NCBI GenBank assembly: GCA_965223705.1
Contig: OZ245015.1
Coordinates: forward strand, 1,410,582 to 1,474,581
Direction of reading: 5' to 3'
Source: Myxococcota bacterium
GTDB lineage: Bacteria > Myxococcota_A > UBA9160 > UBA6930
Length of the DNA stretch: 64,000 nucleotides
Part shown: in pieces, positions 57,729 through 64,000 of the stretch
Position numbering within the stretch: position 1 is the stretch's first letter
Layout: each line of letters opens with the position of its first letter
Made by a program: the position numbers and the translations under genes
Notes under the pieces: generated by a model
What the model was told of the DNA's origin: nothing
The model's database searches: none
What the model saw: the letters and a program-made list of their open reading frames with translations, nothing else

Positions 57729-59527
57729 TGGACATCCAGCGGATCCGGAATTTCTGCATCATTGCGCACATCGACCACGGGAAGAGTACGCTCGCGGATC
57801 GATTGCTCGAAGTGACCGGCGCCTTGGGAGAGCGCGAGAAACGCAACCAGTTTCTCGACAAGATGGATCTCGAGCGCGAACGCGGCATCACCATCAAAGC
57901 CCAGACCGCACGGATGCGGTACACAGCGTCCGACGGCAACGAGTATCTGCTGAACCTGATCGACACGCCGGGTCATGTGGATTTCTCGTACGAAGTCTCC
58001 CGCGCGCTGCAAGCGTGCGAGGGCGCGGTCTTGGTCGTCGACGCGGCGCAGGGCATCGAAGCACAGACCTTGGCGAACGCGTACCTCGCCGTCGACGCGG
58101 ATCTCGAACTCATCCCCATTGCGAACAAGATCGATCTTCCGTCGGCCGATCCGCTCGCGGTCGCCCAGGAAGTCGAGGATGTCATCGGTCTCGACGCGGC
58201 CGATGTGTTGCCCGTCTCGGCGAAAGAGGGGAAGGGGATCGAGGATCTTCTCGAGCGAATCGTCGAACGCGTACCGCCGCCGAAAGGGGATCCCGAAGCT
58301 CCGGCGCGCGCGTTGATCTTCGACGCTTGGTTTGATTCCTACGTGGGCGTCGCGGCGTTGGTACGGGTCGTCGACGGTCGCCTCGAACGGCGCCAACGCG
58401 TCAAGTTCATGGCGAAGGGTCAGGAACACGAAATTCAGGAGCTCCACGTCGTCGATCCGCACCCGCGCCGCGTCGAAAGCCTCGGCCCGGGAGAGGTGGG
58501 TGTGGCGATCACCGGCGTGAAATCTCTCGATCAGGTCCAGATCGGCGACACGCTCACGACCGTGAGTCGGCCCGCTCCCGAACCTCTGCCCGGTTTTCGC
58601 GAAGTCAAACCGATGGTCTTCAGCGGGCTCTATCCGGTCGACGCCGAAGACTACGAGGCGCTCAAGACCGCGCTCGAGAAGTTGCGCCTGAATGACGCGT
58701 CGTTCCGCTACGAACCGGAGACCAGCGCCGCGCTGGGTTTCGGTTTTCGTTGCGGTTTTCTCGGGTTCCTCCACTGCGAGATCATTCAGGAGCGACTCGA
58801 GCGCGAATACGATCTACAGCTCGTGACCACGGCCCCCACCGTGCGCTATCGGGTCGTGCGGACGGATGGCGAGACGATCGAGATCGAGACGCCCGCCGCG
58901 CTTCCTCCGACGACCGAAGTGAACCGGATCGAGGAGCCCCTCATTCTCGCGACCATTCATGTGCCGCAGGAATTCGTCGGCAACGTCTTGTCCCTTTGCC
59001 AGGACCGACGCGGGGTCCAGCGGGACATGTCGATGCATGGAAGTCGCGCGCAGGTCCGCTATGAAATCCCCTTGGCCGAGGTCGTCGCCGACTTTCACGA
59101 TCGAGTGAAGAGCGCGACGCGGGGCTACGGTTCCTACGATTATGATTTCACCGGTTACGCCGCCGCCGATCTCGTGAAACTCGACGTCCTGGTCAACGGC
59201 GATCCGGTCGACGCCCTTTCGTTGATCGTCCATCGCGACATGGCTCAGCGTCGCGGCTCCGAGCTCACGAGAAAACTGAAGGAGTTCATTCCCCGTCAGA
59301 TGTACGAGGTCGCGATTCAGGCCGCCATCGGTTCCAAGGTCATCGCCCGGACGACGGTCAAGGCCCTTCGCAAGAACGTGACGGCCAAGTGCTACGGCGG
59401 TGATATCACCCGCAAGCGCAAGCTTCTCGAGCGCCAGAAAGAAGGCAAGAAGCGGATGAAGCGGGTCGGCTCGGTAGAGATCCCCCAAGAGGCGTTCCTC
59501 GCAGCGTTGAAACTCGACGACGGCTAG
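57728..59527 (+). CDS. lepA: elongation factor 4 (LepA)
   Basis: [23 protein letters not shown] and [14 protein letters not shown] are present, with the LepA-specific C-terminal domain. Confidence 0.97.
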   Translation: MDIQRIRNFCIIAHIDHGKSTLADRLLEVTGALGEREKRNQFLDKMDLERERGITIKAQTARMRYTASDGNEYLLNLIDTPGHVDFSYEVSRALQACEGAVLVVDAAQGIEAQTLANAYLAVDADLELIPIANKIDLPSADPLAVAQEVEDVIGLDAADVLPVSAKEGKGIEDLLERIVERVPPPKGDPEAPARALIFDAWFDSYVGVAALVRVVDGRLERRQRVKFMAKGQEHEIQELHVVDPHPRRVESLGPGEVGVAITGVKSLDQVQIGDTLTTVSRPAPEPLPGFREVKPMVFSGLYPVDAEDYEALKTALEKLRLNDASFRYEPETSAALGFGFRCGFLGFLHCEIIQERLEREYDLQLVTTAPTVRYRVVRTDGETIEIETPAALPPTTEVNRIEEPLILATIHVPQEFVGNVLSLCQDRRGVQRDMSMHGSRAQVRYEIPLAEVVADFHDRVKSATRGYGSYDYDFTGYAAADLVKLDVLVNGDPVDALSLIVHRDMAQRRGSELTRKLKEFIPRQMYEVAIQAAIGSKVIARTTVKALRKNVTAKCYGGDITRKRKLLERQKEGKKRMKRVGSVEIPQEAFLAALKLDDG

Positions 59528-59545
59528 TCGGCCCCGGGGATTTCA

Positions 59546-60340
59546 TTGTCGGAAGAAACGACCGAAGAGAAAAAGAAGCGCGGTTTAAAGGAAGACATTC
59601 CCGCCTTGGCGGTGGCGATCGTGATCGCCCTGCTGATCCGCACGTTCTTGTTCCAGAGCTTCTACGTCCCGTCCGATTCGATGCTTCCGACGCTCCTCGT
59701 CGGCGATCACGTGTTTGTGACAAAGTTCATGTTCGGTGCGCGGATTCCGTTTACGAACGTCCAACTGCCCCCGGTTCGAGACCCGAAACGGGGAGACATC
59801 GTCGTATTTCGTTTGGCGAGAGACGGGCGAAAAGTGTTCCCGCCGGACCAGCGCCCGAAGCTTCCCACCGACGCCTTCATCAAGCGCCTGGTGGGCCTTC
59901 CGGGTGATACGGTCGAGGTTCGCGACGGTCGCCTGATCCTGAACGGCGAGGAAGTCCCCCGACGCGATACCGGGGAGACATTCACCGATAGCACCGGTCG
60001 CTCATTCAAGGTGCTCGAGGAACGACTCGAGGGTTGCCGTCACTTGATTCTCGACGATCCGGGCAGTGCCGACCTCAACATGAAAGCCCGCCGGATCGAG
60101 CCCGGCCGCTATTTCTTCCTCGGCGACAACCGCGACAACTCCCTCGACAGCAGGCGCTGGGGCACCGTCGACCGCGCGGCGATGCACGGGCCGGCCGGGC
60201 TTCTCTACTGGTCCTGGGATTGGAACGGCAGCTGGCTCGAGCTCGCGAACCCGCTGACGTGGTGGCGAAATCTGACCCAGAAGACGCGTTGGAGTCGGAT
60301 GGGAGGCTTCGTCGGCTGCGAGGACGAGGAGGCCTCCTAA
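59546..60340 (+). CDS. lepB: signal peptidase I
   Basis: SDSMLPTL (catalytic Ser), KRLVGLPGD (catalytic Lys) and GDNRDNSLDSRRWG are present. Confidence 0.93.
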   Translation: MSEETTEEKKKRGLKEDIPALAVAIVIALLIRTFLFQSFYVPSDSMLPTLLVGDHVFVTKFMFGARIPFTNVQLPPVRDPKRGDIVVFRLARDGRKVFPPDQRPKLPTDAFIKRLVGLPGDTVEVRDGRLILNGEEVPRRDTGETFTDSTGRSFKVLEERLEGCRHLILDDPGSADLNMKARRIEPGRYFFLGDNRDNSLDSRRWGTVDRAAMHGPAGLLYWSWDWNGSWLELANPLTWWRNLTQKTRWSRMGGFVGCEDEEAS

Positions 60341-60413
60341 GGCGGGCTGCGCACCGTTGGCGACGCGCAGGGGCCGCGCTACGTTCCGCCCCGCACAACA
60401 CGAGTTGGCCATT

Positions 60414-60446
60414 CCTTTTAAGTCCGTCCGGAGAGGCGGGAAAAGG
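60414..60446 (+). promoter_or_regulatory. candidate PyrR-binding hairpin overlapping the pyrR RBS
   Basis: CCUUUU-AAGUCCGUCCGGAGAGGCGGG-AAAAGG. The outer stem is CCUUUU/AAAAGG and the inner stem CCGUC/GGCGG. GUCCGGAGAGGCG resembles the PyrR binding-loop consensus as I recall it (RUCCAGAGAGGYU). It ends 4 nt before ATG 60451. Confidence 0.5.
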
Positions 60447-60450
60447 CAGC

Positions 60451-61038
60451 ATGGCGCGAAACACCGCACCCCTCACATCGGCGGCCACCGCCCCGCGCGT
60501 CATCCTCGACAGCCCGGCGATTCAACGTGCGCTCACTCGGATCGCGCATGAGTTGCTCGAGCGGAACTCCGACCCGTCGGCCCTCTACCTCGTAGGCGTA
60601 CCGAACGGCGGCGTACCCCTCGCCCGTTTTCTCGCCGATTCCCTCCACGAGATCTGCGGTGAGGAAGTCGTGGTCGGGGTCCTCGACACGACTCTCTATC
60701 GAGACGACCTGTCCCGGGCCGGAGCGCGGCCGATGCTGCGCCCGACCGAAATGCCCTCGGCGGTCGATGAGCGGGTGGTCGTCCTGGTGGATGACGTGGT
60801 CAGCACGGGTCGCACGATCCGCGCCGCAATGGATGCGTTAATGGACTTTGGGCGGCCCAAGGCCGTGCAGCTGGTTGGTCTCGTCGACCGCGGGCACCGC
60901 GAGCTACCGATCAAGATCGACTACGTCGGCAAGAACATTCCGACGGAACGTCGCGAACTGGTGGAGTTGCGGCGCGTCCGCGAGGGCGCCGACTGGCCCC
61001 TCGAAATGGTGCTCTGGCCCGAAGGGGGGCTCGCATGA
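60451..61038 (+). CDS. pyrR: bifunctional pyrimidine operon regulator / uracil phosphoribosyltransferase PyrR
   Basis: In-frame ATG at 60451. LVGVPNGGVPLARFLA, the PRPP motif VVLVDDVVSTGRTIRAA, and VDRGHRELPI are present. Confidence 0.92.
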   Translation: MARNTAPLTSAATAPRVILDSPAIQRALTRIAHELLERNSDPSALYLVGVPNGGVPLARFLADSLHEICGEEVVVGVLDTTLYRDDLSRAGARPMLRPTEMPSAVDERVVVLVDDVVSTGRTIRAAMDALMDFGRPKAVQLVGLVDRGHRELPIKIDYVGKNIPTERRELVELRRVREGADWPLEMVLWPEGGLA

Positions 61039-61976
61039 TCGGCCGAGATCTACTGGCCATCGAGGATCTGGAACGCTCCGATATCGAGGCGATTCTCGAG
61101 ACCGCGCACCGCATGCAGGAAGTCGGCGATCGCGACGTCAAGAAGGTCCCGGCACTCCGCGGTCGCACCGTGATCAACCTCTTTTTCGAGCCGTCGACGC
61201 GCACGCGCACGAGTTTCGAGATCGCGGGGAAGCGGTTGTCGGCGGATGTCATCAACTTTTCCCCGGGAAGCTCGAGCCTCTCGAAATCGGAGAGCATTCT
61301 CGACACGGCCAAAACCCTCGACGCGATGGATCCGGATGCTGTCGTCGTCCGGCATGGCGTCGCGGGGGTGCCGAAGCAAATCGCCGACGTGCTCCGGGCT
61401 CCGGTCATCAACGCGGGCGATGGCGCCCACGAACACCCGACCCAGGCGCTACTCGATTTGCTGACGGTTCTCGAGGAGAAGGGCCGACTCGACGGGCTGA
61501 CCGTCACGATCGTGGGAGACATCGTGCACTCTCGCGTCGCCCGATCGAACATCAGCGCTTTTCAAAAGATGGGAGCAGAAGTTCGGCTCGTCGCGCCGCC
61601 GACCATGCTCCCCGCGGATGTCGCGAGCCTCGGCGCGAAAACCACGGACTCACTCCGCGAGGCGCTCGACGGCGCGGACGTCGTGATGGCGCTGCGGATT
61701 CAGAACGAGCGACTCGAGGGAGCGTTCGTCCCGAGCATCCGCGAGTATGCGGCGACCTTCGGAATCGACCGGGAAAAGCTGCGACACGCGAAGGACGACG
61801 CCATCGTGATGCATCCCGGACCGGTCAACCGCGGCGTCGAATTGGCCCACGACTTGGCTGACCGTCGGCCTGGGGTCGTTCTCAATCAAGTGCGCAACGG
61901 CGTCGCGCTTCGCATGGCCGTGCTCTACATGGTGGCCGGACGCGCTCCCGCCACCCCCTCGGAGTCTTCCTCGTGA
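61035..61976 (+). CDS. pyrB: aspartate carbamoyltransferase catalytic subunit
   Basis: NLFFEPSTRTRTSFE, HPTQALLD and MHPGPVNRG are present. Confidence 0.96.
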   Translation: MIGRDLLAIEDLERSDIEAILETAHRMQEVGDRDVKKVPALRGRTVINLFFEPSTRTRTSFEIAGKRLSADVINFSPGSSSLSKSESILDTAKTLDAMDPDAVVVRHGVAGVPKQIADVLRAPVINAGDGAHEHPTQALLDLLTVLEEKGRLDGLTVTIVGDIVHSRVARSNISAFQKMGAEVRLVAPPTMLPADVASLGAKTTDSLREALDGADVVMALRIQNERLEGAFVPSIREYAATFGIDREKLRHAKDDAIVMHPGPVNRGVELAHDLADRRPGVVLNQVRNGVALRMAVLYMVAGRAPATPSESSS

Positions 61977-63268
61977 GCCGAATTCTCCTACACGGCGGTC
62001 GCGTGCTGGATCCCGGTTCCGACCGCGACGAGGTCCTCGATGTCTTGATCGAAGACGGCCAGGTCGCCGAAGTGGGACCCGACCTTCGGGCCGCGGACTC
62101 GGAGCGCATCGATGCGACGGGGCTGTGGGTGACGCCCGGCTTCGTCGACCTGCACACGCACTTGCGAGAGCCCGGGCAGGAATACAAGGAAGACATCGCA
62201 TCGGGTGCGCGCGCGGCGGCGGCCGGCGGTTTCACCACGATCGCATGCATGGCGAATACCCTGCCCGTGAACGACGACCCGTCGGTCACGGATTTCATCC
62301 TCGACCGGGCGCGTCACGACGCTCCCGTACATGTCCTGCCTATCGCCGCGGCGACGAAAGGTCTCGCCGGGGAGACGATGACCGAAATGGACGCCCTCGT
62401 GCGTTCGGGTGCCGTGGCCTTCAGTGACGACGGCAAGACGGTGATGAACGGTGGCACCATGCGCCGCGTACTCGAATACTCGAAGCTGGTCTCGAAGCCG
62501 ATCATCGTCCATGCCGAGGACCGAACCCTCGTCGGAGACGGCGTCATCAACGAAGGCGCGGTTTCGACGCGGCTGGGCTTGCCCGGCAACCCGTCGGTGG
62601 CCGAAGTATCGCTCGTTGCCCGAGATCTCATGTTGGCGGAGATCACCGGAGCGCATTTGCACGTCGCTCACGTTTCGACCGCGGGGGCCGTCGAGCTGAT
62701 CCGCGAAGCGCGTGCACGCGGTGTCCACGTGACGAGTGAAGTCACTCCGCATCACCTCATGCTCACCGATGAAGCCAGCCTCGGTTACGACACGAACACG
62801 AAGGTGGCGCCGCCGCTCCGCGGAGCGGCCGACCGCGACGCCCTGCGGATCGCTTTGGCGGAAGGCATCATCGACGCCATCGCAACGGACCACGCGCCGC
62901 ATGCGGAGCACGAGAAGGAGAGCGACTTCCGAAGTGCTCCGCCCGGAATGATCGGACTGGAAACGGCTTTCTCCGTGGTGAGCGAACTCGTTCGCTCGGG
63001 AACGCTTTCGCCGCTCGATCTCGTGCGCCGCCTCTCGACCGAGCCGGCCCGGGTGCTGGGCCTGGCCGCCGGGAAGCTCGCCCTGGGAGAGCCGGCCGAC
63101 ATCACGGTCATCGATCCGGAAGTCTCGTGGACCTACGACCCGGCGAAGGGCTATTCGAAGAGCCGCAACTCGCCGTGGGCCGGAGAGACGCTGCGAGGTC
63201 GGGTCTGCAAGACAATCGTCGCAGGTCAATGCATCTATGACGCAGAGCGGGGAGTGCTTTACCCATGA
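61973..63268 (+). CDS. pyrC: dihydroorotase (operon copy, intact HxH)
   Basis: [31 protein letters not shown] and ATDHAPH are present. Confidence 0.92.
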   Translation: MSRILLHGGRVLDPGSDRDEVLDVLIEDGQVAEVGPDLRAADSERIDATGLWVTPGFVDLHTHLREPGQEYKEDIASGARAAAAGGFTTIACMANTLPVNDDPSVTDFILDRARHDAPVHVLPIAAATKGLAGETMTEMDALVRSGAVAFSDDGKTVMNGGTMRRVLEYSKLVSKPIIVHAEDRTLVGDGVINEGAVSTRLGLPGNPSVAEVSLVARDLMLAEITGAHLHVAHVSTAGAVELIREARARGVHVTSEVTPHHLMLTDEASLGYDTNTKVAPPLRGAADRDALRIALAEGIIDAIATDHAPHAEHEKESDFRSAPPGMIGLETAFSVVSELVRSGTLSPLDLVRRLSTEPARVLGLAAGKLALGEPADITVIDPEVSWTYDPAKGYSKSRNSPWAGETLRGRVCKTIVAGQCIYDAERGVLYP

Positions 63269-64000
63269 GCGGATTCGCTGAGCGGAAACCGGCGAAACTC
63301 GCCCTCGCGGATGGCACCGTCTTTCGCGGCACCGCCTTCGGAGCATCAGCGACGCAAGTCGGAGAAGTTTGCTTCAACACGAGCATGACGGGATACCAAG
63401 AGATCGTCACCGATCCGTCCTACGCGGAGCAGATCGTGACGATGACGTACACGCAAATCGGCAACGTGGGCGTGAATGCGCTCGATTGCGAGGCCGCGTT
63501 GGCTCACCTCAACGGATTCGTCGTGAAAGAGCTCTGTCACGAGCCGTCCAACTGGAGGGCGGAAGGCACGCTCGACGACTTCTTGCGCGAGGCCGGTGTC
63601 CCCGGAATCGAAGGCCTGGACACCCGAGCGCTCGTGCGCAGGATCCGCGACGGCGGTTTCCAGATGGGCGTGCTCTCGACAGCCCCGGACGCCCAGAACG
63701 AAGACGAGCTCGTTCGGTTGGCTCAGGCGGCATCTCCCCTCGACGGACGCGATCTCGTGGCGGGCGTGACATGCGCCGCGCCGTACAACTTCGACGCCGG
63801 GTTGTGGAAAGGCGTCGAGGGCGAGCTCCCGCGCCAACCGCGTCCCGACAAACGTCTGCGTTGTGTCGCGTTCGACTTCGGTGTGAAGCGCAACATTCTG
63901 CGACTCCTGGTCGAGCACGGTTTCGAGGTGGTCGTGGTTCCCGCACAGACGTCCGCAGAGGCGGTGGACGCGATGCACCCCGACGCCGTTTTCTTCTCGA
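63265..64000 (+). CDS. carA: carbamoyl-phosphate synthase small (glutaminase) subunit; 3' end outside window
   Basis: Not in the ORF track because it has no stop inside the window. ATG 63265 overlaps the pyrC stop (ATGA). My own translation gives [27 protein letters not shown]...[24 protein letters not shown]...[13 protein letters not shown]. Confidence 0.9.
   Translation, partial: MSGFAERKPAKLALADGTVFRGTAFGASATQVGEVCFNTSMTGYQEIVTDPSYAEQIVTMTYTQIGNVGVNALDCEAALAHLNGFVVKELCHEPSNWRAEGTLDDFLREAGVPGIEGLDTRALVRRIRDGGFQMGVLSTAPDAQNEDELVRLAQAASPLDGRDLVAGVTCAAPYNFDAGLWKGVEGELPRQPRPDKRLRCVAFDFGVKRNILRLLVEHGFEVVVVPAQTSAEAVDAMHPDAVFFS

Overview
GC-rich bacterial chromosomal window: third codon positions are mostly G/C, and there are many long Arg/Pro-rich antisense ORFs that I treat as spurious. 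All family calls rest on motifs read in the supplied translations. No database search was run.

Layout:
- 1-22.7 kb, metabolic and envelope genes: partial hemY, a pcs-like gene, a nuoB / lpdA / E2 / lipB / nuoI-C-D / DUF1285 cluster, an LtaS-family enzyme, a membrane PTP-like phosphatase, crcB, tRNA-Cys, a cupin / deacetylase / MBL trio, a GldA/F/G-like ABC-2 operon with DUF4340, a VanZ-like gene plus a second dihydroorotase, hsp20, tRNA-Leu, a DUF4388 protein and rlmB.
- 22.8-52.8 kb, the core translation/transcription supercluster, almost without intergenic space: tRNA Thr-Tyr-Gly-Thr, tuf, tRNA-Trp, secE-nusG-rplKAJL-rpoBC, rpsL-rpsG-fusA-tuf, then the S10, spc and alpha operons.
- 52.8-64 kb, housekeeping genes: TlpA-like redoxin, FtsB-like, argS, SPOR protein, rmlD, uxs, lepA, lepB, pyrR-pyrB-pyrC-carA (3' end cut by the window).

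No CRISPR array, IS element, integrase or prophage signal was seen.

Most noteworthy:
1. Four complex-I Q-module genes (nuoB, then nuoI-nuoC-nuoD) are interleaved co-directionally and tightly with lpdA, a lipoyl-E2, lipB and a DUF1285 gene. No membrane-arm, NuoEFG or E1 genes lie in the window. This is the best candidate for an undescribed system.
2. The otherwise canonical S10/spc/alpha cluster seamlessly lacks rplC (L3), rplX (L24), rpsN (S14) and rpsD (S4).
3. Several spacers are structured or repetitive: covarying twin hairpins after tuf, tandem repeats in the rpsL leader, a PyrR-type hairpin over the pyrR ribosome-binding site (RBS), and a 334-nt lower-GC tRNA spacer with a mini-ORF.

Three genes are missing from or mis-sized in the ORF track and were recovered by reading the DNA: rpmJ (50456-50569), carA (63265 onward) and the true short secE.
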